64,000 nt of DNA from Amoebidium appalachense (GCA_963693365.1 CAVNZM010000004.1:3462047-3526046), one strand, 5' to 3'. Positions 1 through 13,257 are shown, counted from the stretch's first letter. Notes: generated by a model from the sequence alone, not told the origin. Program-made: numbers and translations.

Positions 1-957
1 TCTTCACACTCAATCTCTACACGAACACGCGCACAACATTGCATGCCACCACGCGGTAGGGTGGGCCCCACGTGCAAAGCCCGCACAAACGCAAGTGCAC
101 ACAGGCTGACGCAGGCACACACGCACACACACAAACACACACACACATAGACGCAGGCACACACGCACACACACAAACACACACACACATACACCAGTAT
201 TGTACATGTACCTCGTAAAATCGGACAGTGTACGGCTACCATGCCCATGACACACCGGTACCCGCAATGACCTGTATTGCACTTGAACACGACCAACACA
301 TCCCCTCACACCTCGCACTCAAAACACAGGAACACACGTGTACACGCACAAACACGTGAACACACAAACACTTACATGCCTGCTGGCGCAAACACGCTGC
401 AGACACAAGCACAGGTACACGTTGGCGTGCCGCGCACACATAGAGACTTCTTACCTGAAGCACACGTCTACTGCACAATTTGCACTGATCCCAACTGTGA
501 GCACAACCTCACCGTCACTCATGGCCATGTACAAATGCGCATGCACACGGTGCTCTTATCATGATTGAAGGCTCTCTCCTCGGCATAGCTACTACAATAA
601 CACGTGTGTAAGTCAGCTCAACCAGCCGCGAAGACGTAGCCCAAAGTTACACTTAAACTTTAACAAATCAAACATGCAAACTGAATCAGATTTCCCATGC
701 CATGCCATTGGAGTGCCGATCTCAATTGGGCATCTGCTCCTGCCCCGTTGCGGAATCTGAAAACAGACCGTCGGACACTGGGGGAGGGGGGGGAGGGCTT
801 TGTGCATTGACTCTACCGCGGTGTGACACCAAAAAACTCTGCTAAGTGGGTTTATCAAGATGCCGTCTGTTGTGGCATTTTCTATTACCAGGTCCGAGAA
901 AGTTTTTACTTTATATTTATAATTAGTACTATTTTACAATTGATATTTTTCTTTTTT

Positions 958-1002
<45 letters not shown>

Positions 1003-1623
1003 CTGTGTGTTGCCGGGGTTGCCAGGTGTGCTTGCACGTGCCACACAAATACGTGTACAAGTACATCATACGGTACACGCAAACATTTGGAAGATTGCAT
1101 GAGCACACCTCAGACTAGCTAGTATCACCACAGTGCACCCATGCATATGTGCATGTGTACATATGTGAGCAGCACCGTTGAACCGGGAGGCCAAATGATT
1201 GCGAGCACATGTGCATGCCGTATATGCGGAAAATGGACAAGCTTTTCTGCTTGAAAATTTGAACCCGACCAGCAGCTGCACGTGCACGTGACCTATCATA
1301 TGTGTGGGTGGCAACGGCATATTTACTGTTGCGAAGTTTTTTTTTTTTCGAGCTGAAGCGTGTTTCAGAACCATTGACTTATGCACAGGTTTTTTGACCA
1401 TTTCGGCCTGTGTGACTAACAATGTTGAAACTAGCGAAAGCATTGTATGTAACTCGAAGTGTGTGCACATAATCACGAGCGAAATAAGCAAATCATATTG
1501 ATTCACTTCATATAATCACAAGATATTCTTTAGATCTTTTTAAGCATAGCATAGGCCACAACCACAACTCGTGTGAAACCCTTTACTATAATCACACACA
1601 CACACAAATACATTGGTTGACGT

Positions 1624-3490
1624 TTACAGAAAAGGATTTGAGTTAGAACCAACCTTTGCCCCACCAGCGTCTCCCACAGACCCACCCACCCCTGCCGTAT
1701 TCGATACCGGGCCAAATGGGTTGTAGCTGTTCCCCACTCCATTTGGCATAGTACTAGTGGTGGTTTTTGCAGCCTCAGTCGCAAATGGGTTGGTGGGGTC
1801 GAAGCTAGTTGTGGTTTTGCTCGTATATGATTGGAAAACGTCCGTTGGCGCTGCCGTTGTTGTTGTGGTGGTGGTGGGTTGCATGGTGAAGGCGGGGAGT
1901 GGTGCTGCTTGGGGTGCGCCAAAGATGGATGTTTCTTGCACCTCGGCTGCAAACAATGCTGCATACTTGTCACTTGCATTACTCGTAGGGCCTGGCGCAG
2001 GTGTCGAAAATGGTTGTGAAAAAGAAAGCGTCGTGCCGTTTGCCTGTGTGTTTGCTGACGTTGCCACACGCCCGGGGGTAGTAGAAGAACGAACGAAGGG
2101 TGGGCCAAATAGTGACGTTGCAGGGAGTGGCTGTATCGGGGTTGCAGAAAGAGGTGAAGGTGTGATGATGGGGAACGTGGTAGTGACGGGGGTAAGAGCA
2201 GCTCCTTGGCCCAGTCGCTGCTGCTGTGCCGGTGCAAAGAACGGGCCGGTGGTGTTGGCACCCGCCATGGCTGCAGGGGTGGTGGGGGCACTTGCAGTCA
2301 TGCCTGGGTTTGTGTTGAACATCAGTGCATCAAGAGATGCACTGCCGGGAATGGGGGTAAGGCCGGCGGCCACAACACTTGCTCTCTTCTGTTGAGATGT
2401 GCGGCGAATGGATGTGCGTCGGGCAACCTCCACAAATGGATCACCCCCATCACCCTTCTGCGCCGAAGGTGTCGACATGCCTGGAAGAGACTGTGCCCCC
2501 GGGGGAAGAGAAGACTTGCGGGTAATGTTTGCTTGGTTCGTTTGGGCCGCGGATGGGATGGGGGGCATGCTATTGTAGAGGAAACCTGGCAGGTTGGGGT
2601 TGGGGCCGGGGGATGGGAATGGCTGGGTGTTAGCCCCTGCCGGTGTGCTCATCTGCCGGAGTGGGCCGGCAAAGGGGGTGCGGAGGTCGGGGGTGCTGCC
2701 ATGTGTGGACAACCGCCTTGGTGCGTTTGAAGGCCCCGTGCATGATGCCGCATGCTGCTGGATGGTGCTGGAAGCAAACTTCTGGAAGCACATGGGACAT
2801 TCCGCCTGGCTCGAAACGGCAGACTCGGGCTTGGGTGGGTTGGTTAAGCTCATAGACTGTATGCCGCCTGCAAGTGTAGTAGCATCGGTGGTAGCAGGTG
2901 CCGAGAATGGTGCTGCCGAAAAGCCCCCACCGGGGGCATACCACTTCTTTTTCTCGTATTTGTCTCGGATCATGGCTGCTAGCTGGACTGCGGTCCTTGG
3001 GGGTGGGTCTACTTTAGGGTCGTAGGTGGCTAGCCAGACTCTGGCTGCTGCAGCATTACCCCCTTGTTCAAGCTCCTGTGGTACGATATATATCGTGAGC
3101 ATGAAGGGTTGAATGCCACAATGGTATGAGCTAGTAGTATGGCATAATAAAACAGATTAAAGGCAGCGAGGGAATGATTGGCAGAGGGAAAATGAAAAGG
3201 AGGGAAGGGTGGGTGGGTGGGGGGGGGGGGGGGGGGGGGAGAAGAGAGTAGTGAATGTAGGGGCAGAAGGGGGGGGGGGGGGGGGGGGTTGAATGCATCA
3301 TAAAGTACGAAGTGCACAAGAACAACGGATAACACGATGCAGAATGCAACCATACATAAAGAGTATGCATAATAAGGGGATTATTGTGCAAACCAGACTA
3401 ACTATTTCACGGGCTACAAAGAATACGAGGATGTGTGTGCATGTGGTCATGTGCTCGATCATACATACGTCAAGTGTGTGTGAGAGAGAG

Positions 3491-3521
<31 letters not shown>

Positions 3522-3545
3522 AAGAGAGAGAGAGGAAAGCAAGAT

Positions 3546-3603
<58 letters not shown>

Positions 3604-3869
3604 GGTTGGGTGTGTGTGCGGGTACAGACGCGCACACATTTTAGTATGTTTGGTGTTTCATACGGGCATGCCTGGGGATGTGTGTTTGTGTGGATGTGCA
3701 GCATGAGTATGCCCATGCCCGGGTAGCAGGGGAAGTGGAGGAGGTGTTGGGTGGGGTGGGGGAAGGGAGAGGGGGGGGGGGGGGGGGGGGGGGGGGGGAA
3801 GAATGTGCTGTAGAGTGTGAAGTGCACATTCATGACAGACAACACGATGCCGATGTCAACGAAGAGCCA

Positions 3870-3914
<45 letters not shown>

Positions 3915-4194
3915 CGTACGAGGAAAATGAGAAAACAGGAGAAAGAGAAAGGGACAAGGAAAACGATTCGAAGAGAGAGGAAGCAGGGGGGGGGGGGGGG
4001 GGGGGGGGGGTTGAATGCGGAACACGGTACGAAGTACGCATACACGAAGGACACATGCAAAGGCAGTAAAGAATACGAGGATGTGTGTGCATGTGGTCAT
4101 GTGCTCGATCATACATACGTCAAGTGTGTGTGAGAGAGAGGGAGGGGGGGGTGGGGGTGGGGGGGGTGGGAAGAGAGAGAGAGGAAAGCAAGAT

Positions 4195-4242
<48 letters not shown>

Positions 4243-6818
4243 GGTTGGGTGTGTGTGCGGGCACAGACGCGCACACATTTTAGTATGTTTGGTGTTTCAT
4301 ACGGGCATGCCTGGGGATGTAGATGTGCAGCATGAGTATGCCCATGCCCGGGTAGCAGGGGAAGTGGAGGAGGTGTTGGGTGGGGTGGGGGAAGGGAGAG
4401 GGGGGGGAGGGGGGGGGGGGGGGGGGGGGGGGGGGAAGAATGTGCTGTAGAGTGTGAAGTGCACATTCATGACAGACAACACGATGCCGATGTCAACGAA
4501 GAGCCAGGGGGGGGGGGGGGGGCGGGGGCGTACGAGGAAAATGAGAAAACAGGAGAAAGAGAAAGGGACAAGGAAAAAGATTCGAAGAGAGAGGAAGCAG
4601 GGGGGGAAGGGGGGGGGGGGGGGGGGGGGGGGGGGGTTGAATGCGGAACACGGTACGAAGTACGCATACACGAAGGACACATGCAAAGGCAAACATTCAA
4701 GTATGCAACATCAGCCATGTGCACAGTATGCGTCATAAGCAGAGCCCATCCTCAGGGAGGGCCCAAGTCATCAATTGCGTCTGAGTTTCGACCCCTTAGC
4801 CCGCGTATATACGACTCTCCAACTCAGACAGCAGCATCAACTGAACTTGGGAGGGTCAACCCGTCTTGATCAAAGACGAGCAGGGTTGCTTATGCAAGCA
4901 AGGTGAGCAAAACGGTGAATATGTGTGTGCAAATTAATGCAGTGCAGCGGAAAATGCGTATGTGCTTACAGATGCACGACACAGAGCAACCATGCCCGGT
5001 TGCATGGAAGTAAAGCGGTCTCCACACAGTGGTCTGTCCTGAAAGGACACCTCTGAAAGAAGACTGGGGGGTTTTGAATGCGGAACACGGTACAAAGTAC
5101 GCATACACGAAGAACACATGCAAAGGCAAACATTCAAGTATGCAACATCAGCCATGCGCACAGTATGCGTCATAAGCAGAGCCCATCCTCAGGGAGGGCC
5201 CAAGTCATCAATTGCGTCTGAGTTTCAACCCCTTAGCCCGCGTATATACGACTCTCCAACTCAGACAGCAGCATCAACTGAATGGGAGGGTAAACCCGTC
5301 TTGATCAAAGGCGAGCAGGGTTGCTTATGCAGCAAGGTGAGCAAAACGGTGAATATGTGTGTGCAAATTAATGCAGTGCAGCGGAAAATACAGAGAGGCC
5401 ACAGAAGCGAAAAAGAAATGCTGAAGATACCCTTGTATACATACGACCATGCACACAAGAATATGATACATAGGTCCCTTCGGGTAAAGAGCTCGAGGGA
5501 GAGAGGGGCACAGACAGCAGGGAGCCGAGGTGAAGGTAGGGGGGGGAGGGGGGAGGGGGGGGGGGGGGGGGGGGGGGGAGGCCAAAGTGGCTGGCTACCA
5601 GTACTAAAGCCAGTTCAGGTATTGTGCAGCATTTACGTGCCCTAGGTGGATATACAAGGGCAAAGGGTGATCGTTTCCGTGCAGGCATGCCACCCGAACA
5701 CATGTGCGTTCCCAAACGTCAGCACCTTTTCAGAGCAAACAAATGGGATAGCAAGTTTATGTGCGTGCTGGAGGCCTAGGGTAGGTGGGCGGGTGTCTGG
5801 TGGGCGGCCGTGCCGCGGGGGAAGGGGGGGGTGGGGGGTGGGAATGCACAACGGAGTACAAAGCATACGCTTATGACAAGCAAAACCATGCAGAATTCAA
5901 AGCACACATAAGGAGGATGCATCGGGGGGGGGGGGGGGGGGGGTAAAGGCAACGTATTAACAGTGTGCAGCACTAAAAGGTGCCCTGTAAGCCTCAGCAG
6001 GAGGCAAACCGGGGGGGGGGGGGGGGGGGGGGGGTTGAATGTGGAACACGAAGTAGGCATGCATGGTGCAGGACACATGCAAAGGCACACATTCAAGTAT
6101 GCAACATCAGCCATGCGCACAGTATACGCCATAAGCAGAGCCCATCCTCAGGGAGGGCCCAAGTCATCAATTGCGTCCGAGTTTCGACCCCTTAGAGCGC
6201 GTATATACGAGGGGGGGGAGAGGGGGGGGGGGGGGGGGGGGGGGGGGCACGTGTGTGTGGTGTGTAGGAGTAGAGTAAAGAACTCGGCAAAAGCATTCAC
6301 TTGAGCACTGCATAACGTGAAGCATAAAAACCCAGCTCTAGCAAAGAAAACAATGATCAAGGAAATATCCGGAGTGTTGGTAATTGACACACAAAATATG
6401 AAAACACCAGGGCCACGGCAAAAGGGACATCAAGTGAAATCAGCAAGATTCAAAGTCAAGTTCTCTATTGCAAAGCTACAGGGACGAGGGGAAGGGCATG
6501 GGCTAAGAAGCCGCAATAGGAAAAGTTGCTGTCAAAAAAAGCTGAAAACAGCTTCGTATCACAGAGACAAGGAATTACGTATGCGGCAAGAAAGACAAAA
6601 TCCAGGCCTGGTTGATTTGGTTCTTTCCTTTCCTTTCTTTTTTTGGGAGGAGAGACCCGGGGGGGTGGGGTGGGGTGGGGGGGGGGGGGGGGGGGGGGGG
6701 AGAAGGGTGGGGGGAGAAGAAGGGGGGAGAAGGGTGGGGAAGGGGGGACGAGGGGACGGAAAGGTGTGTGTGTGCGTGGGGGGGGGGGGGGGGGGGAGGG
6801 GGTGATGGTGGTGTGGAA

Positions 6819-6858
<40 letters not shown>

Positions 6859-7748
6859 TTCGTGGAGCCAAGAGTAAACCCTGATAAAACAACTACCGAA
6901 AAAAAGACGTCGTAGAAACTGAGTAGGAGAGGGGGGAGGGGGGGGAGGGGGGGAGGGGGGGGGGATTGAGTGGTGACGGGTTTTAAGGGTGGAAGGCAAA
7001 GAGTGGGGGGGGGGGGGGGGGGGGGGGGGGGCGGGGGAGGGGGGGGGAAGTTTGACTAGGAGGACAAAACTGCATCAGGTTCTCTTGTGGTGTGCTAAAA
7101 GTGCAACGTAAATGTGCTCCAAAAAGCTCAACCAGCATAACAACAAGCACATGTGGTGAGGCCGTTTTCTGCTTCAATGTTTCCAAGGCAACTCCCACAG
7201 TGCATCCTTAGACACGACAGCAATAATCACACAACCTTGTCACGCACACAGAGTCGAGAGGTGCAGAGAACAAGAAGGAAAAAGGGGGCACAAGCAAAAA
7301 GGCAGCGGGACTATTAAAGGAAATACAGTGCGATCACCATGCTTACAATAACGGGCCACCCCCTTTGTTGTTCTACACAACAACCACCCAAGCACACTTT
7401 CGATCCTGGACCATGTCCCATGAAACCGCTAAGAAAGACACAAGCAAGCACAGAGCACTCAAACACATGTGTACATCAGATGTTCAAGAACGAAGTGTTG
7501 GATTTAAAGGAGAAAACACAGTGGAATCTCACCTTCACTTCATCGTCCGTAAACTTGGCCATCGAGATAGATTTGACACGGTGGCCAACGTGCATCAGCA
7601 GGCCGGAGCAGCGTGTGCAGACAAAGGTTTTGTTGAACATGTTAATAAACCCCGTTCCTCTTTGCCGGCACTCAAAACACTCCCTGTTTGCTGGCTGCTG
7701 GGCAAGAGCCCGCACCTTTTCCTCCCGTTTCTTGTCCTTGGCCGACAT
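1624..7748 (-). CDS. AGFG/HRB-like ArfGAP with FG and NPF motifs (2 exons, ~555 aa)
   Basis: Exons 7748-7533 and 3075-1624 join in phase 0 across a 4.46-kb GT..AG intron (GTGAGA / CACAG). The protein has the ArfGAP zinc finger CFEC-x16-CTRC, then HRVKSISMAKFTDDEVK|ELEQGGN..W..IRDKYEKKKW, typical of AGFG1. The tail is low-complexity with FG, DPF and three NPF motifs, ending NPFL*. Confidence 0.9.
3418..4690. repeat. ~650-bp tandem duplication inside the ArfGAP intron
   Basis: AAAGAATACGAGGATGTGTGTGCATGTGG starts at 3418 and again at 4068. Unique blocks are near-identical between copies, while the G-run and (GT)n lengths differ. Confidence 0.9.
4637..6209 (-). repeat. Three copies of a structured dispersed repeat (4637-4955, 5074-5390, 6035-6209)
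   Basis: The shared core CATTCAAGTATGCAACATCAGCC..GCCCATCCTCAGGGAGGGCCCAAGTCATCAATTGCG is seen three times. A diverged inverted copy lies at ~12791-12930. Confidence 0.85.
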
Positions 7749-8230
7749 CTTCCCGTGGATCTTGGCTGGAAAAACTGGAGATCCCACAACCAACTTTCCC
7801 ACTTATGTATTAGCGCATAGCCATTAACAAAACAGGTGCCGAATTTTTACCGAAAAACACTCTTCTTAAGTGTTTGTAAAGGCATCCAAAATACAAAACA
7901 CACATAGTCTTCCCTCTTTTAAACACACATAGTCTTCCCTCTTTTGCAGAGTTCGCCCCCCTCAAAGTTCACGTGGGTTACCAAGATCTAGAGGCCAGAG
8001 GTTGATCTTACATCTTGTTCCAGGTAATAATTTAGTCTGCCCTAAATTTACGTCACTAATCTCTGGGGGGCTTGACATTCTTTCAGACTGTGTGCTACAG
8101 ACGCAGACAATAAAGTTAACAGTTTTAGACTAATTCGCACCAGCCTGAGGGGAGTCTTTGTGCTGGGCAGCTCAGAGACACGCGGGGGGCACACTGGTGA
8201 AAGGAGGGCGCTGACCCTACGTCTTCGAAG
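7749..8230. promoter_or_regulatory. Putative bidirectional promoter between the ArfGAP gene and COMMD9
   Basis: The divergent ATGs are only 482 bp apart and the interval has no long homopolymers or microsatellites. It contains a 25-bp tandem duplication (7896-7945) and a CRE-like TTACGTCA at 8048. Confidence 0.55.
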
Positions 8231-8766
8231 ATGCAAGCCGAAAGGCCCTCACCTGAGAGCCTGTTGCCGCTTATTTTTTTTGGCCAGGCACCAAACAAGG
8301 ACTTTGTAAGTGCGCTGGGGCGGTTCAGCTTGCTTTGCACTCTAATGCTTCTACTTGCCTCTTACTTGAGCCCCTTCTCCCCGTTTTTCTCCCCTTATCC
8401 CTGATCTCTCCAATCCACTTCTATTCTTGTGGATACGCACGCAAGCACGTGGTCTCGTAGTTGTATATGTGCCTCATACTTTACATAGAACGTCAGCCTC
8501 TCCCACTCTGCTTCCTTTCTTCTCTTCAATGGCCTTAGCCGGCCCCAACCCCCTCCCTCGCCCTGCCTCACCTCCCCCGCACCCTTACCTACCCACCCCA
8601 ACACACAATCTCTCTCTCCTCGGTTTCCACACGACACATACACACACACTCTCTCTCCGAGGCCCTTCCCTCCCTCCCTCCCTCCCTCCCTCCCTCCCCT
8701 CCCTCCCTCCCTCCCTCATCTCCCCCCACCCCCCCCACCCCCCTCTCCCCTCTCTCTCCCTCCCCC

Positions 8767-8825
<59 letters not shown>

Positions 8826-9932
8826 TCCCTCTCTCCCTCTCTCCCTCTCCCTCTCTCTCCCGTCTCCTTCTCCCTCCCTCTCCTCCTCTCTCTCTCTCTC
8901 TCTCTCTTTCATTCGTCCTCACTCCTCTCTCCCTCCGTCCCCTCTCCTCCCTCCCCCAATCCCCTCTTTCCCCAATGTTCCACTGCCTCCTCAGCCCGTA
9001 TGTGTTGGATTCCTTAAGCACACATGCCCTTTGCTCGTTTACTAGTTTGCTCTGTTTTCTCGTTTTCTTAATCTTATGTGCCCATTTCCAGTCTCTGCTC
9101 TTGCGCCATCGCTGGCTCTGTTTCCTCTGCCATTTTGCTTCCTGGCTCCACCCTTCACCTGCCTGACCCACAGTTTGTACGATCACTGCTTGAGCACTGC
9201 ACTGGTGACTGGGGGCAACTCTGAGAATGAAGAAGCAAACTGGGTTAGCATGAAGTACTAATAATAGCATAACAGATTCTCTGGTGCTGACGATTACATA
9301 ACAAATTCTCTGGTGCTAATGCTAACATGTACATAACAAATTCTCTGGTGTTAACGATTACATAACAAATTCTCTGGTGCTAACGCATACATCACAGATC
9401 CGCAGCACGTTTTTTTACTTTGCATCAGGACACACCCAGTGCTCGCCGCCACTGTACCTTACTGGCGCAGTAGCTGGCGCCCTGGAAATCGAACCAGACC
9501 AAGCAGCCAAGGTGTGTGGTCATTAAACTACACGTGTGCAATGGTGGAAACAGGCGCCCCGGGGGGGGGGGGGGGGGGGGGGGGGATATATGTGTGTGCG
9601 TTTGTGGGCTGTTGTGAGAATTGTTTTATGGAGGTATCATTTTTGGACGGGGCAGTGGGGTGGTGTGGGGGATGGGAGGGGTTATTAGATGTACTTGTGC
9701 ATGTATGTATGTGCGTCTGTAGACTGGTTTGAGAATTGTTTTTATGGAGTTATTGTTGTTAGACGGGGCATAGGGTGGTGTGTGTGTGTTTGGGGGAGGG
9801 GGGGGGGGGGGAATATATCCGTACGGTGTTTCCTTTACTGACAGCCCAATTCTGCAGTTGATAGAGGCCACCCATTTGCTCATCAGGCACGTCATCTACG
9901 AAAACTTGCAGCCAGATAAGGTTCAACCCCCC

Positions 9933-9982
<50 letters not shown>

Positions 9983-10699
9983 AAAAGAAAAAGAATAATA
10001 AGAAAGAAAGAAAGAAATAACGAAAAAGAAGAAACACACACACACACACACAAGCGTACACCGACTTGCACAAACCCCTAAAGTGCTCGTGTTATCTTCA
10101 ACTTTGCATGTCTGCACGAGTTAAAACGATGCCAACTCGTTTTTTTGTCCAAGGTTTTGTGTTCAAGGGTTGTTGATTCCAGTTTTGCCTACTGAAACAG
10201 CTGTTGGTGTGCAAATCACCACCGCAACTGCTATATTTGGGCACACAGCCAACCTGCCCCTTAATCTCTCTGCGGCCCTACCTTGGCTTGATGGAGTTAG
10301 GCCTGGGGCAGAAATGACATGGATATGGTACAAAGATATGATAGACTCACCGTTTGTGTCTGAGGATTTCACTTGCTTGTGCAACCCTGATTATTTCTGT
10401 GTTGCTATCGCTATGCATTTGCCTTGTGGTTCTTGCTTCTGCCCTTCTGATACAGCTGTGTGTGTCTGTTCGTGGCTACAGCTGACTGTTTTTGGGCACA
10501 CAGCCAACCTGCCCCTTAATCTCTCTGCGGCCCTACCATGGCTTGACGGAGTTAGGCCTGGGGCAAATAATTTTCTTGCATATTTTCCGTTGTCTTTTCG
10601 CTGTTTGTTCCATCCCTGGCTATATGTTTTCGAATGCTTTTGACGGGAAGGTGGTAGGTGTCGCGTGATACTGACGCTAACTGATTGCTTAGGTCTGAT

Positions 10700-10732
<33 letters not shown>

Positions 10733-12928
10733 CGTGGGTCCTTTTTTCTTTCCTTGGTATCACTGTGGCCCTATTGGACAACGAACCTCGGTTGGGAGGG
10801 GGGGGGGGGGGGGGAGAGTGGAAGGGTGCTTGAGCTATTTGTTGCACACATAGGCACGATCTCGTTTGTCGTGTTGATACACAGAAGAAAAAAAAATCCT
10901 CCTCTGCCCTTCTGATACAGCTGTGTGTGTGTCTGTTCGTAGCCGCAGCTGACTGTTTTTGGGCACACAGCCAACCTGCCCCTTAATCCCTCTGCGGCCC
11001 TACCATGGCTTGATGGAGTTAGGCCTGGGGCAGACAGATTTTTCTTCGTATTTGCCGGATCATTTCTCTGCTTTTCCATCCCATTCTATATGTCCTCAAA
11101 TACTTACGAGTGGAATGCGGTCGGGGCCGAGTGATGCTAATGCTCACTGGTGGCTTGATGCCTGATTGTGTGTGTGTGCGTGGGTGGGTGGGTGGGTGTG
11201 TTTCGTGGGTCTTCTTACTTGCCTTCGAAAAGATTCGAGTCTGTTGAAGAACGAAAACGCAGGGGGGGGGGGGGGGGGGGAGAAAGAGAGAGAGAAGAGG
11301 GGGGGGGGGGGGTTAAGGATTGGCACGAGCTCGTGTATGCCAGTTTGTCGTACAGCTTTTTCCCCTTCTTCTGCCCCTCTGATACAGTTGTGTGTGTATG
11401 TTCGTAGACACAGCTGACTGTTTTTGGGCACACAGCCAACCTGCCCCTTAATCTCTCTGTGGCCCTACCATGGCTTGACGGAGTTAGGCCTGGGGCAGAA
11501 ATCACATGGTACATAGTTATCGTTTGTGCAGTGGGTGATTGTGTGCGCTTAAGCGACAATACCCATAACTATAAAGCACGTGTTTTCTTTAATATATTAG
11601 CATTTATGCAATCGTTATCTTTGTATGATGGATATTCCTATTGCCTTGTTGTCAGTCAATAAGCATGCAACCTTTACCTTCTTATGATAAAAAGTGCTAT
11701 TTCTTTTCACGGGCCGGCAATCGTGCAATTTGCTATCTTTCGGATGAATATTGTTGCTATCCCTGTTGCACTTGACATTTGCCCTTCTGATACAGCTGTG
11801 TGTGTCTGTTCATAGCCACAGCTGACTGTTTTTGGGCACACAGCCAACCTGCCCCTTAATCTCTCTGCAGCCCTACCATGGCTTGATGGAGTTAGGCCTG
11901 GCGCAGACAATTATCACAACTGCTGAACTAAGATGTAAAGACACTAGATTGATTGTAATATTCAGGTTAATAACGTAATGAGTGATTAAGCACCCCTGCC
12001 TCTTGCATCGCAATCACACACACGCTAACTAAAAGCAAGTAAATACACAATGGGGAAGGACTTTTCCAAGAATTTTTGTCACACATGACATTTGCCCTTC
12101 TGATACAGCTGTGTGTGTCTGTTCATAGCCACAGCTGACTGTTTTTGGGCACACAGCCAACCTGCCCCTTAATCTCTCTGCGGCCCTACCATGGCTTGGT
12201 GGAGTTAGGCCTGGTGCAGATATTTTCTAAAGTAGAAAAACATGATGTGTGGACGCTGGTTTCTTCCTGTTGTCGTCCTTTCCTTCTCTCTCTTCTTTCT
12301 TCTTCTTTTTTTTTTTTTTTTTTTTTTTCCGCACGCCCGTGTGTGTGTGTTGGGGGGGGGGGGGGGGGGGGGGGGGGATTGATCCACAAAAGGTGCCCTT
12401 TTTTTTTTTTTGGTACGACAAAACAAGAAGTTGTTTGTGTTCTATACTGGGTTCGCAACTGCATTCGGATGTATGGCGAAGGCAAACACCATACTTGACT
12501 TTCAAGCCGATTATGGTTTGGCTCTGTTATGGTCACTCCATGATTGGGTGTGTTTTTTTGTCTACAACTCCACTGGTGGATCTCTATCTGACTCCCAGTT
12601 GCTCCATACAGATTATGGAACTATTCCCCAAGGGCTTTCCACCGCAGCTGAGCCAGCTCTTGACAAACATAATTTCCAGTGAACTACCTGCTTGGAGAAA
12701 TGATGGTGTGTTCTTTTTTTTTCCCCCTCGGGCTTGTGCATCTCGCCCTTTAACATGTTTGCATTCCCCCCCCCCCCCCCCCGTCCGCGCGAGTTGGGCC
12801 CTCCCTGAGGATGTGCTCTACTTATGACACATACTGTGTTATTTTGCATACTTGAGTGTTTGCCTTTGCTTGTGTCCTGTACCAAGCTCCTCGTCCTGTA
12901 TGTGTACTTCGCACTGTGTTCCGCATTC

Positions 12929-12959
<31 letters not shown>

Positions 12960-13005
12960 GAGGGCCCTCACCACCACCACCACTCCTCCTCCGACCTCTT
13001 TACCA

Positions 13006-13039
<34 letters not shown>

Positions 13040-13173
13040 GGAGGCTTCGTCGTAAACGTGTGCTTACGTACTCTGTAGCACCTCCTTCCCTCCCTCCATC
13101 TCTAACATTTTCCTTGGATGTCATCCCCATGGCTTGTCCTTCCTTGTACATGTCCACTCTATCCTCACTCTGC

Positions 13174-13257
<84 letters not shown>

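Noticed and set aside
190-568. Possible terminal exon(s) of an upstream plus-strand gene
   Set aside because: An acceptor-like CACAG and two open frames exist, but there is no recognisable protein and no way to choose a frame.
4745-4800. Hammerhead ribozyme (minus-strand GAAAC ... CTGAGGA)
   Set aside because: I could not build stem III with an NUH cleavage triplet or a stem II joining the core motifs.
10515-10530. Near-complementarity of TTAATCTCTCTG to the U6 ACAGAGAAGAUUAG region or the 18S 5' AGAUUAAG
   Set aside because: The match is short or gapped, and no target uridine is correctly placed in the pocket.
10186-12225. CRISPR-like repeat-spacer array
   Set aside because: The repeats are ~133 nt, the spacers are long and variable, the context is a eukaryotic intron, and there are no cas genes.
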